This document shows positions 50,910 to 64,000 of a stretch of DNA of 64,000 bases, one piece after another. The notes under the pieces are model-generated. The model was given only the letters and a program-made list of their open reading frames with translations, was not told where the DNA came from and did not search any database. The stretch's first letter is position 1. The number at the start of each line of letters is the position of its first letter. Made by a program: the position numbers and the translations under genes. The stretch covers positions 13,330,001 through 13,394,000 of the forward strand of contig OZ249436.1 of assembly GCA_965235115.1 (NCBI GenBank). Reading direction: 5' to 3'. Source of the stretch: Laetmonice hystrix. Its lineage: Eukaryota.

Positions 50910-53460
50910 CGTTCTTGATTTGTTTGTTTTTCTTCGGCCGAGAATCCAGATGCAATCACTTTCCTCTTCATCAGCTTGTAAAATCTTAGCAATTACTTAC
51001 TCCTCGACTAATACAGAACAAAGGCTTTACAGTCAAGGATAACCGATGTTCTTCATGTAATCACTCCGCTAGCCAATCTCGATGAGTGTGTTCGAACCTC
51101 TAAACTGACCATGTCCTCCAATGTGATTAGACTTTAGCAGCACCTTTATTTAGGAATCAATGAACAGCGCATAGTGAGAGTTTCTTTGGGGAACCTAAAG
51201 CTCTAATCTACACCGATTCCAATATTGGAAAGCATTCATGGAAATGGGTCCCTAAACGTGAGAGAAGTGGTCACATGTGTTGTGGTCAGGTTTCTTGCTG
51301 CCTCAACATGAGTAGAGAGACAGTTAGTTCACTGAAAATCGAATAAGTCTTTTCAGCTTTCAAATGTAACAGCTTTGCTAAATTTAACACACGAATGATA
51401 CATGTTATAATGAATACAGGGTATTGTACTTTAAGGTGTACAATTTCTGTAAAAACTCAATCATCCAATACTTGAGTAAAGTCCTGGCACTTGTTAACCG
51501 TTTTTCTAAGTTCAATTAAATGTAAAAACTCCCCAGTAAATCTATATAAATTTCTAGTCTTGAACACCTGTCACCTAGACCAACATGTAGCCGTCTGACA
51601 TCCCACATGTATGCCTGCAGGTACTGGCATGACAATACTCCGCCAGAGAATACAGACTGAATGGAAATGTTTATTACCGTCTGTCTCCCGCGTTTAGAAC
51701 GGGCTGCTGGGTAGTTGTGGGTAAACAAGTTACCACGATCCAGGCACACGTAACGACGTGTCACAAAATGACGGTATTTGGTGTTCACCCGCTAGTATCG
51801 GACTTTCTAAGAGGCACCCTTCCTGACCTCGAACGGATTACCTCAAAGGGAGTTTCGTACAGACCGCAATATTACTGTCCTCGTGCCTCTCTCCTCTTTA
51901 TTTTTTATTCAGCTTCATGAATGACCCCTCAAGTAGTGTAGTGACAAAGTCAAAATGTACATTTGTAATTGAAAGACTGGCACTGGTTGTCGCTACGTTT
52001 AAATGAAGGTGGACGTTAAGATTCCACCCACTGAATAACAACACAATGAGAATAGTATTACGACTACTTGAGTCGCGAATAGGATGAGTGGCGAGACAAA
52101 CCAATAGACAGACATCCCCATTAAGTATCCACATCCTCCTTACCCAGTGGCATACAGTCTACATTACATTATCTCGACAAGTGTCTCACTCGACCTCCGC
52201 ATTTAATCTGAGCTTTCTAAGTCCTGTATGAAGCTTTCATCCTGGCAACACATCTTTATAACACTTCAAACACCATTCTACTGAATTTAGGTCTAGTTTT
52301 GAGAATCATGGCTACGAAAATTTCCACCCCTATTTTCTTCTCTTCCTATAAAACAGGCATGATTTCAGCAATAGGTGATGGGGTTTACCGTTATCAATGC
52401 CTCCTCATTGGGCATGGACCAAGAAAACACTCACTCATAACAAGCGGCCCGGCTGTTCGACAGTTCGAAAGCTTTCATTATACAGTCATATTAGTAATAT
52501 GTTACAATTAAAGGCTAGCTGCAGAAAATAAAGTGTTTTTATATTTTTGAGAACAACCTCTTCAAGCTCAAGCTCTTCCTCTCTTCCTCTTTAAAAATAG
52601 TACTCACTATCATTCATAACAGATACTTTAGTCTAAGTATGGATTGCGTGGTTATTGTAGCTGAGTATAATACACTGTTAACATTTGCATGTTATGGGAG
52701 TTTTTCAAGGGACACATTACAATACACCGATCCCATGTTAAGGTTCATGTTTGGGGTCGTTCTATGACACAATGTATAGCTGCGGGTAGTCATGCAACAC
52801 CCATGACTAACCTGCCAGAATACCACGGTACTGCTGCAATGATATGTCGCCGATCTGGCGCCTGGTTTGGGAGGGGGGTGGCTACGTTAAGACAACAGCT
52901 CCCCACGGCTTCCATACCAATACAAATGTGGAAAGACTTCCGCAGTAAAACTACAACCTATCAATCATAAGAAAATATCGCACGTTGTGAAAAACCTGGT
53001 TACGACTTCCCCCACATTTTAGATGAGACATATGAAAATCCAGCTGATCCAAGTCTGACCTGTAGTTGCACCCCATCATCCATATATTCACAATCTCGGG
53101 TTCATTTACTCTCATGGGCACTGCCAGAACACATTTTGGACCTGACCCTGCACACTAAATGTTAACGGCCACATTGCCTTGGCATTTGGGGCACACGCTT
53201 CAGAGCCCGATGTAGGCCTAAATAATTGACATCCTTGGATGGAAACATTTGCATTACCCTATGAAAACACTCTGTGTCTGTACTCCCAGGGAATTAACCA
53301 CTATCTACTCTAACAATATTGGAAACACAATAATCCACAAAAGCAGTAGAATAATCCTTTGTAACGGTCTTAAACAATTTGTCTCTTTAAACAAGACCTG
53401 AGGGAGAAGTGCAGTCAGGTCCTTACATCTGAATGAAGACTGCGAGGAAAAACCACTTAC

Positions 53461-53621
53461 CATGTAAGAAGAGCCAGTACAGCCATGGCCCATGGCAAAC
53501 AACTGCCTTTGCGCTTCTTGTCCGGCTCCTTTTGACAGCAGCGGTAGCAGAAGTACATGAGGAAGATGAGCAGTGTAACCAGTAGCCATAGCACCGGCAG
53601 TGCTGCCCAGAAAACCAGCGC
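53461..53621 (-). CDS. TTYH: Tweety exon 2 (TM1, Cys cluster, TM2 start)
   Basis: ttgtctgttctag|GCGCTG...CTTACATG|gtaagt; 161 nt, phase 0 to 2; ALVFWAALPVLWLLVTLLIFLMYFCYRCCQKEPDKKRKGSCLPWAMAVLALLT(C). Confidence 0.93.
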
Positions 53622-56600
53622 CTAGAACAGACAAAACAAGAGTAACTTCACTACCCACATACCATAATGTCACAATGTCACAGTCTGCTCAACTATAAAC
53701 GACGGTATTTTCATGTCAGTTGGATAAAATCACGTTTATGATATACGTGTATTCCAAAGTTCTTGTTTTATCAAGGAGCCAATAGTTTTTCAGATGACCT
53801 GAGTGTAACACCTAAAACCATATGAAATGTTCACAAGCATTTGAATTTCCCGTGATTCTACTGCGAGTAGTGTATGGAAATGATCCTTTTCGCCGTTCCA
53901 ACATTCTCTGCAACACTGACAATGTGACATACCTCGGCGTATTATGGCAGCTTTAATGATCTACATCTGCGTCTCACTGCAGTTTCTGAAAGCCCTTTAG
54001 TAATCCCATAAGACGGAATATTTCATATCAAATGTTATCAGATGTCAGATTAACGACGCTAATGTGGACTTTACGTATCTAGAGAAAAGTAGCAGTCGCA
54101 TAGAGTTGTCATATCTGAAGTCAGCCTTCCTATGTTAATCCACTCAAGTCGTATTCAATGTTAATCATCCCAAAGTATGACATCAACTAACGGTTTATTG
54201 CTCAGTGATCTATGAAAGCAGATTATTGTCAGCTCCCTATCTACTGCCTGTTAGTACAGCAAGTCATTTCACAACCGTGGGCGGTTGGTAATAACGGGGC
54301 ACGTCGGTTAGGACGTGATTCAACATACTTCATGGTTACTTCAGCAAACCCAGGCCTGGCCCGACCGAATGATGCCAGCCGTGTCCTTACAGGTGGGATC
54401 TAGACCATCAAAGCGGTACGCCACCATACGACCTCTGTGTGGAGGGCGCGGGCCCGCACTCTACCACCATACTCCCCGCCCTTGTACTCTGATCCTTCCG
54501 TGTTGAATAAAGCCTGTTTGCCGGCGCACCGGGTTATATCCATACGATCAATCAAAAACAAACATGCCTTACGTCCAGGATATTTGTCAGTCAGATTTAC
54601 TCACTGCTACAGGGATGATACAATACGCCTCAAGTGAATTATGTCGTCAAGACAATACATTTGGTGGTTATTAGCTTAGAATGATCCCCTACTCATTCAG
54701 GAGACTCGCGTTTTCTGTTGTCTCAAATAACGCTTCACTCTGATCAAAGACGTCAATAACCTCTTATACTGAAAACCCACCCTGACTCTAGACATTTATA
54801 ACTCCTGTTAAAGGTTTTTCACATAGTCAAAGGCACGTATCTTAAAAAAAAAGAAGTAATTGCATCACGGCAATCTATCACTAAGTGGCATGCGTCCTCT
54901 TCCAGTCACATTCTTAGTCTGGATAATTTTCTTGTCTTAACTTCAGAATAGATTACCATTATTTATCTCAGTGCACATGAACACTGTTGACTTAGAGAGA
55001 CATGACAATTGCATGGCTTTCCCTTTCATCTCATCCCGAGAATCCATAACGACTGCGGAATATCAAACAAAAGATGCCGACTATAGACCGGCCACTGAAA
55101 CCTTTTCATTGCAGCTCGAGCACATTGATGATCAGGGTTATTTGCTGGGTCTGGTCTATTTTCTAAAGTAAAGACGTCCGATCAATACGTCTCAATAAGA
55201 CCGTGCTGAGCCGAGCCACCTCTAACACCAACTGGTCGTCAGCCTCCACCAAGCCCCATTCTCATTCCCATCAACTGTAATTCTAGACAGTTGTCCTTTA
55301 CGTTCTCTAATGGTAATAGACACGTTTTCAATTCAGCTGCGTAGCTTTGATGAGCTGAGGTAGACAGTGGCGTACAATAGACAAGAAGACCGAGTTAAAT
55401 CTAACACTAATATTCCCCCATCACATAAAACCACAAACACCGATTTCTTTGTCACATTTGAGACCCCCAAATAGTCACCGTCCTGCCCGTATTTTTGTGG
55501 GGGGGGGGGGGTTGTTTTGTTTTGCAGGCAGTTGGACACTCCATTCATGGCTCAAATTAGGCAAGCGACTTGCCCAACGACTGAGAAACCGGGCGCTGAT
55601 CTCACAGCCATTTAATCATGATAGTAGGTAGTCCATCAAAGGTCTACTAGAGAACATATGACTCTAGGGCTGGACTTATAAGGCACAGTCTGATGAGGAT
55701 AATCTAAAAAAGACGGCTTATACATGTATGTCCACGGCAGTCTCAAGTGTCTAGGAAGCATAACACATCTGTCAACTACATAAAGTCACAAATGTGTCCA
55801 CAAAGTACCCCATGGCCATAACTGTTTACCTGTATGTCTGGAAAATACCACTGACATTATATCAGACAAGTGGAAATAGACCACCTTACAATATTGAGAG
55901 AAAATCAATTTGATTAACAGTTTCGTGACGGCCTCCGATCGCATCAGATCTGAAACAAATTCTGTTGAATGAGCAATGTGAAGGCAACGTAAGTATTCAG
56001 CAAGATAACACGTTCCACACAGAGAAATCCCAAGCTGTTACCACTCAGCTGATTGGTATGGGCTTACAAGCACATCATCAATTTTTGCGATTGTGTGATA
56101 AAAGTATTAGTTATTTTCACTTCCAGAAATCAGGGAGCTTTGGAGGACGTGCACAGTGCTGATATATATTTCAGTAGAAGACGGTAATCGGCTGATATAA
56201 GGAGTAATATAAGACATGACATGATCACTGACGTTTACCACACACACACACAGAAACACAAGCTGGTCGTCTGCGTTTTTTTGTTCAAGTCTGTATTCGA
56301 ATCTTCAGTATTATTTGTTTGTGAAGAAGAGCAAACAATACAATCCGCTTATCCTTGCTCACCCCTCCAAAAGACTGAAAGGCACATTTTCCGGTAGTTA
56401 GGTTCACACATTTTAAATAACAGGACATTTTACTTTTAAATAAGGGAATGCACACCTTGTGCACCACACCTTCCACCATGAAAACACCGCCTGACTCCCT
56501 GATGGACCTCGTAGAAAATTACCACTAAACTCTAGCGCACTCTCACATTATGCTGCCCTACTCCCTCCCTTCACACATCGTGGTTTTTTAACATTCTGAG

Positions 56601-58488
56601 TCAGAACTTCGTCTTGTTCGGTGCTACCACCGCATGATGGCCTCAGCTGGTTGGAATTCTATTGTGCCAAGTACAAATTTATACGATCAGTCAGACACAT
56701 CAATGTTTGCTTCAGACGCCGACATACTTACTGTGTAGTCGACTGTGTGGGTGATACTGGTTTTATAGCCACGAGTTCAGGCTTTCAACAAACAAACAGT
56801 TTACCTACCATACAATGAATGCATCTTTTCTTTTTATTCTTTTCAGTCCGCGGTTATCATCTACAACGCTAACAACTCGGTCCTAGCATTCTATCACTCA
56901 CTATTTAATCAATATGTGTTCATACTTCAAATGGCTGCTACAATTTTTTTTATGTAAAGCCGATATATTTCATGGAAAGAAGCACAAATATTGGACATAA
57001 TGATCATTACATTGTGATTGTGACGTTTATTGTGATGAATCCGCGGATTATCTCCACCTCAGGAGACCGAGTACCCACCACATTGCATATATAATTTACG
57101 ATGATCTCCCTAAGACGACTTCATTCATGCCTGAAGTATAAATGGTTAGCTACTTTACGGTACGGTAACCCCACAGGACAGTTAAACTAGATGCAAAACC
57201 CTCCAGCTTTTATCGTGCTGCAAAACACCACAAGAGGGGAGGGACTGGGTTGAATACTCAATACCTAAAGCACCCAGTTCTGCCAAGGGGTCATAAAGCT
57301 GTTCTAGTGTGTCCCCATTAACCTCGTCTATCACCTAGATTTCCAATAAAGCCATAGCAGACTGTACAGGCACACTGAGCCGCAACAATCAAATTCAATA
57401 AATAACTTGGCTGCCAACAATTACCCGTGCCACTTCATGTAGATTTTCTATATCAGGAAGAGGGGACGGCGAGCCTTTTACTATGATTTGAACATTTGAA
57501 AAAAAAAGAGTTCTGGTCACGCGATATTACAAAAACAGCGAGGAAATAACCAGACGTTCCCCCTTTCACAAAAACAGTAACCTTAAACTGACAAAATGAC
57601 ACAAAGTCTGAACTTTGCTAAGAATCATGTTGTATGTTATAATAATTTCCATTGTGTTTTAACATGCATGAAGGCACGACAACTCAACTATTTCCAGTCC
57701 AATTTAGCCATGATTTCTCAATAATGGTTCTCAAATCAGAAAGTGTTTCTTTGTATTGGATCTAATATATAATATGGTTTAATTATAGAGTATTACAAAA
57801 AATGAGGCACAAAATAAGACGCACAGAATAGTTGCCATGGCGAGAGGTCATCCGATGATTCATGTGACATGAGACATGGTCAGCATACCGAGAGGTATAC
57901 CAGCCAAGCTGGCCAGTCTTCAGCGGGCAGCAGGTAGTTACAGACAGCTGACAGGCAACATGCCCCGAATCTATCCTGTTCACTCCACACGGGCACCCGC
58001 TCTATACGCTCATAACTAACGAGCTAACAGTGACTGTATACATGGGACGATACCCTGGGGCCTGAGCTTTTACTAGTTGACAACCATCGAACCCGGACAT
58101 ATTTATCACCCTTATCATTATGGTGCATCTGCACAGTATGCTGAATAATTATTATATCTATACGTCCGCCATAAAAACCATTTCGACATCCTGCAACCCA
58201 CTGGCTAGAGTCAACATCAAGTTACCCGCCTGGCCAATACAAGAAATTACTTCGGGAGGGAATAAACTACTAGTTCTAATCTTTGACACAATGTAGAAAT
58301 TACTGATAAGCGTAATTCCCCCAATGTAGCATGGTTCCTGCTATACTTGGTATTCACAACCAATGTTTGCGACATGAACAACTCAACTTGGGCTAAATTC
58401 TTTATACACATAGATTTACATAATTTACCGTCACCTTTTTCGGCCTTTAAAAATGCAAAAATCTGGAAATGTTAGCCTTTTTTTCAGG

Positions 58489-58556
58489 ACGTGCAGGAAC
58501 ACAAGTTTACGATTGGTAATGAACGTGCAGGTACACAAGTTTACGAGTGGTAATGG
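58489..58556. repeat. 34-bp tandem duplication
   Basis: acgtgcagg(a/t)acacaagtttacga(t/g)tggtaatg(a/g), two copies. Confidence 0.92.
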
Positions 58557-60249
58557 CTGTTTGTTGTCGCTCGTCCTTCACGTTTCACGGATCTTTCTGA
58601 AGTGTAGCTGTATTCTGAACATCACTTCAATATGTTGACAAAAAAGAAAACGCCCCCTTTTAATGGCTGAAGGGAATTCCGGTCACGGTCTAGTTTTCCT
58701 TTTTTCACTGAACACATTAAATCCTAAAAGTGTTAAACGTAACGTTTTCTACCTTTTCTATCATATATCTGTTTTAGGTTACGGATGGATGGGATGTGAA
58801 TGAGGCAATGTTATTTGACTTTGATTCATAGTGTGTATCCTTCTTGTAAATTATGTCCACCTTCTTGTACTTTTGTTTGAATGTGTACATGTGAGTTATT
58901 GGTCCTGTGTCAGTGTGCAACTTTAACCGAGGCTCTCAGCCCAGTTGTATAGACTGAATAACAAAACAAAACAAAAAACAAAAAAATCTTGGCCTGGATC
59001 CCACTCTAGATACCGGGTAGATATCCTTCACAATCACAGACAGCTATCATTTTAAAAACAATATCTGACCTACATAATTAAGAAAGTAGGCACAAGTTGC
59101 GATGATGATGACCTACTAAAGAACACTCTGAGTCATAGTACAATTCTAAAAGGTTTCCTGGAGAAAATTCATCTTAGTAGATTTACAACATTCCTGCATA
59201 TGCTCAAAAAAAGTATAGCATCCAAGTGCCGGTTGAGTACCCTGTCTCATTGACATGAACTAAGGCCAGCTGGTACTCATAGTTAACTGAGGGTGGGTTG
59301 GTCCTGACATACCGTCGTTATGACAGGAATGTATCCTGTTTCAATACGACCCTGCCTTCCCAAACACCGTAACGCCACAATCAGACCCTCTGGACTGAAC
59401 CTTAGCAGGAATTTTAATCATCTTACTCTCTTAGGAGGAGGAAGGAGGACAGATGCTGCTCATTGATAACGAAGGCCTAGAGGCTACGCCGTTCACACAT
59501 AGCCGTGAAGTCTCCTCAGCACAATATCTACTGGCAGATACAGAGTGTGCGAGGGCGTTTAACAGTCATTGCAATCTCATACAGTCTACTTAGATCAACA
59601 ACAAAAAGAGTACCGTACTTTCACTCTAACTTTACCACGAATAGGGCGTTTTGGCCGTCCATCAATTAATTGTACGAGTTTTCAGTTTTAAACGTGAAAT
59701 AATATGCGTAGTCAGTCGCAGGTCTGTGTAGAGACTAATCACTTGGTGAGTAATATACAGAGCGGTAGGTCTGCGTGAAGTCAGGGCCACAGCTGGTTGG
59801 CATCCCACAAAGGTCACCTGGATCGGAGATCCTTCTGCCAATATTACCATATCACAGAAGGTAAAAAAAAAACCGTTGGCATGAATACAAACTGAAGAAC
59901 CTTATTGGATTCTAACTTTCGGAATTAAATTCAGGTCTAAAGCAAAATGATTTAATTATTCATGATCCTGGGTCGGATCTGGATAATTTTAAGAGAACCT
60001 CAGGTCAAATACACGCGTACTAACCTTTTGATTCTGACAATGTACTCGTACCGGCCTGTCCACATCCACTGACCTAAAGTTTCTTCTTACTACCCTGGGT
60101 ACCTTTATTTAAAGTATTTTGCTTTTTGATTTTAGTTGTCCCATATTTTTGAAACTGAATAATATCAGTAGTCTTCTTTAATCCTAAATAAAATCGCACA
60201 CACTAGTCCCTCCCTTTCTATGCTTTCCCCCATATTTATTAGCCCCTGA

Positions 60250-60800
60250 GTAAAACATTTAGATCTACTCAATGTTTTTACATGACTACTCCTGAACCAT
60301 GAAGATACTGACTTTTTATCTTGCCAGTCAAGAATTCCCAAACAAATAGTACTAAAGTTTCCTGATGTGATATTTAATTGAATAGCAATCTAATTTGTAC
60401 TTAATAACATGTATACACCAAGCTGTGTGTACCCGAGGTACAGAAATGCACAATTAAGTCTGCATGACCTTTTCATACTCTTCCCTTCGTACCAAACTAA
60501 AGATCAACCTTTCACTCATCCCTTTATCATCGAGCGAATTACGGCGTCCCAATAAAGAGGACGCTCTGAATATGGAAACCACAACTTTAGGTTGAAATCT
60601 GCACTAATAAAGACAACTACGGGCAAAAACGTCAGGCACTTTTCAGGCAGAAAAAGTAAACTATTAATTTCATGCAATCCTAATAGATTTAATTCTTTAA
60701 GGCACTGCAAAACAAAAGATTTGGCACGTCTGATCAAATCTTTGTTATTTAAGATAAAGCTCCGGTTGAATGCCACCTGATCAATGCTCATCATGGTGTT
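60250..60800 (-). mobile_element. Possible LINE APE-endonuclease remnant
   Basis: VVFISADFNLKL (cf. GDFN.DLL), then ITSGNFST downstream (cf. SGN..T.ISDH). Confidence 0.3.
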
Positions 60801-63284
60801 AAGTGACGTAACAAATCACCGGCCCTTTCAGGCCAGGATTTATGGCCTCTGGGCATGATGCCATTATAACTGCAATTTTCCTAAATTGTATTTGGTGATG
60901 TTGTCAAGGAGACAAATGCCGACTGTGAAGATTCTTACGTCATGTCATGACAACAGTACTCATTCAGTTCATTCACAACTTATGCCAATTCAAACCTAAT
61001 ACATCCAAAATTTGCTTTCAGAGTACTATTTCAGATGTAGTATTATTTCAACAGTGATGTACAGGTGTACACATATATAGTTGAATTACGCCCTGTAAAA
61101 TCTTAATAAACCTACGTTGAAAAATCAAAAATCCAGAAGCACTCACAGGTAAGCTTTTAAACTATCAGCATCACGGGAGATCATGTACATAATTATACTG
61201 GGTAGGATTATTGAAGCTAGGAGACCCCTTGGCCATATCTTCACACTTGTTCTAGATTCGAGTCGGCAGTGTAACTGGATGCTGGTCATCCAACCAAACA
61301 CTGATTACAAACACAACTTTCTACGTAATAATTCACAGGTCAACAACAACAAACCACTGGGACTAACAACATCATCATGTGGAAACTACCAAGCTAACTC
61401 GAAGCACATTACAAGGGATCTTGAGTTCAGACAACAATAAAGTTCGAATAACACATATGTATATCACCCAGATCTAATTCATAATAGTCAAAACATTGTA
61501 CAAGCAGATCGAATCTGTTCTAATAATGAGGCTGACATCCATACCTATACTCATCATTTTTATGCTACTCCATTTTCTGTACCATTATTCATCAGCTTCG
61601 ATTTGCACAAATTCATCTCCTTGAATCTCTGCACTTCAACGACATCTGTTGGGTCTACATGTCCCTACCACGACGTGATATCAGACTACGAGACAGCATG
61701 ATGGATGACCAACCTTTCACACTGTCCTTATATTTGAGTTTCATTTTTTTTACCTGCACCTTGCCATCTTGTAATTATCCCCCATGGAAGCTATATTAAT
61801 CATTCTGTCTTCTTCAAACAGTAGACATCTGTTTGTTGATCCGCTTTCAAATTTACATTTCAAAGCTAATAGCTCAGACGAAGCGGATCTTTTACTGGCA
61901 CTGCAATTATTTTCTTGTTCAGAACATGGACAGAGACAGCGAAAATACAAAATACAATTTCAACAGCCTGAATTGATATGTATACATGATACCAGTAACA
62001 GAGAGTCCATAGAATATTTTCTGATGAAAACTTTCCAGTACTGTACAAGTGGGGTAAATGAAGACTTTTTGAACATGAACTAACCCGTTACTATTTAACG
62101 TTTTAGGAGCAGCTCACCTGTAAGAATGACCAGTACTGACCCATCCAAACCCAAGTACCGGTATATAAATACTAGATGGCACCATATTTGAACAATCATG
62201 ACAAGAGCTACGTCAATACAATTCTGTATCCGGAGTACACTTCCTGGAGAGACTCGGAGTACTTCAATATCGACATGACGATGGAAAATCGGCAGGCCCA
62301 CACCACATGACTTAATGTGCCCCAGCTGGCCTCACAGGATGGTAAAGGAAATGTTAGCCCAGCACTGCTTCAATGTTAGGCTTTCAGCTCCCCACAACCT
62401 AAACGATAACATTCACAGGAAACCGTCAATGCTGTAGGTTTATAGGAGTGCTCAGAACGTTCTATACCCAATATTTTTCTTTCGTTTTTCTCATCACGAA
62501 AGAGCTTAGAATATAGAGCCAACTTTTATTTTTTGGTTTGTGAGCCGAGTTGAGCTATTCACGAGACCAACTACTCACAGGAAAGATGATAAGATTTTTT
62601 TTGACAGGGGGGGGGGATTGTGCTCACATATAACAAAAAATCAATATGATCTCCTACTGATTCTTTATTAAGAGACATAATCTGTTGGTTGAATTGTTCC
62701 ACAGATTTTTTTAATGGGACATGTTCGAGTAATCTGCCTGTATCAGGACTCAAAATCAAAAGCATTCTATACTTCTAATGCGTCTTACAACAGAGGGAAA
62801 CTTGAATGGTGTCAAAAGATTTTTGAATAAAAAATATGGGGAGATAGTTATTACGAATACTTGAGTATCACTGTTTACAAGGGAAAGAAAAATGTTAATG
62901 CTAGTCTGTATAGATGTCTTCAATTTTGTCTGATTTAATAAAGGTGGAGATTGAGACTTCATACATTATGCAGTCCTTGTACACTGTCCCTTAACAGTCT
63001 AATAACCTCCTTTCTGACATATCTATTCTGATCAAAGGTATTAGTCTCTCAAACAGAACAAACTGAAAGATCATCGGCCTAAAACCAGAGCAATTTAATT
63101 TAAGTCGTCAGTCAGTAGTGCATACGTTGCAGAATCACGTTCAGATTGAAGACGAGACAACCTGTCTTTGCTTTAAGCTCGATTCATTACATTTACTCTA
63201 CATGTATATTTACTCAGGATTTTGATTGATACCACCAAACGAAATGGGATCCTAAATGGGATGAAACAATTTATGAAACAACTT

Positions 63285-63314
63285 GGAAGTCAAGTGCTAC
63301 CCCTTGAGCTATGA
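63285..63314 (-). repeat. tRNA-like 5' half (possible SINE head fragment)
   Basis: gtcatagctcaagggtagcacttgacttcc has an A-box-like TAGCTCA.GGTAG; no B-box or cloverleaf follows. Confidence 0.2.
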
Positions 63315-64000
63315 CGATGCATGCTCAAGTCAGATCTGGAATTATTCCAATCATGAGAGAACACGGGTTTTATTAATTGCATCATGATAGAACCAGGACC
63401 TTCATTTCCGTAGTGATAGTGCCAGGATTTCTAGGTCCACGGAGATACACATTCCGTGAGCTTTGCATACAGAGATACCGGAATCTCTGCCACCATGGTG
63501 CCGTTGCTCTTTAGAACGCAGCCCTGTGTATTTCAACATGTCCTGTTGTTTGCTAATATATCAGAGCACGTCCAGTCATGCCACCAGGGATCTTTCACAG
63601 CTAAATAAAACGCTATTCTACTGAAGTCTCTGGAAGTGACCAATCCACAAACCCAGGTCAAATCTAAATGGCGTTCACTGAGCTTTCACTCACAGCTAAC
63701 ATGGCAGCCGAACATATCTCACTATCAAATCTCTTTCAACAGCCCTCTGAGGCTGAATACATACATGTCAAGTGACAGTAGCAATCGCCTGTTGACAAAT
63801 TCCTTGCTTTATAGCTCAGGCAGACATCTCTCAACAAGCGTATGATCTGACTCCTTGCCAGGCAATATCGTCTGGAGAACTCCACCAAATATCGTAGCCA
63901 GAAGGGCGCAAACGACACAAGCGCTCCAGAAATGACCAACATTACGAAATCATGGTTGAAGGATGACAAATTATGCTTTAATTAATATAATTTTGTCCTT

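Larger units (their letters stand above)
4487..53621 (-). other. TTYH: Tweety-family (TTYH) gene, spliced multi-exon locus; 5' end (exon 1) not in window, 3' end uncertain
   Basis: Twelve exons joined at GT-AG sites in compatible phase give one ORF: ALVFWAALPVLWLLVTLLIFLMYFCYRCC...GAIGVGFYGNEDAHQGV...KWRWLGTIILLCWEVLLCLLLLFGIGRTSK...LCWVAAGLHLGASVGLGDFCVAPD...YYIKCN...NPFGQ...LQQLTALVECTNLHKDYGQAVDGAC...KGYYEIDEDDPF...SSPPPA. This is collinear with the known tweety/TTYH architecture. Assignment is by motif recognition; no database search was run. Confidence 0.95.

Noticed and set aside
55690-55730. ctgatgaggataatctaaaa, possible CpG-decayed hammerhead (CTGATGA-GGA-TAA-TCC-GAAA)
   Set aside because: Needs two substitutions in the core, and no convincing stem I or III pairing was found
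63736-63969. ORF with VSFAPFWLRYL as candidate tweety exon 1
   Set aside because: No LH..PH or YQ motif and no phase-0 donor; the frame ends in a stop
218-63969. The many 60-150 aa ORFs in the supplied track as independent genes
   Set aside because: Apart from those overlapping tweety exons or transposon relics, they show no recognisable domains, often start at GTG/TTG, and are of the length and number expected by chance; no plus-strand nested gene could be assembled

Overview
This is eukaryotic, intron-rich animal genomic DNA with many poly-C/poly-G tracts; a marine invertebrate deuterostome such as an echinoderm is my inference from composition only. No prokaryotic operons, CRISPR arrays, rRNA genes or intact tRNA genes were found. 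One minus-strand gene dominates: a tweety-family (TTYH) membrane protein. I reconstructed 12 consecutive, phase-compatible GT-AG coding exons by hand (called exons 2-13 by analogy with vertebrate TTYH), running from 53621 down to 6856. They encode TM1-TM5, the GFYGN and DFC..PD motifs, four conserved extracellular cysteines, YYEIDEDDPF and SPPPA. Intron 3 is about 25.3 kb and intron 2 about 9.8 kb. Exon 1 was not found and probably lies beyond 64000. The C-terminal region (below 14.2 kb) holds many candidate alternative exons, including two Tyr-initial exons that would complete a splice-junction PPxY motif. The introns contain minisatellites, degenerate LINE fragments and a degenerate DIRS/Ngaro-like tyrosine-recombinase retrotransposon. 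Almost all ORFs in the supplied track are non-coding noise. I found no convincing novel multi-gene system; the best leads are splicing and evolutionary features of the tweety gene.
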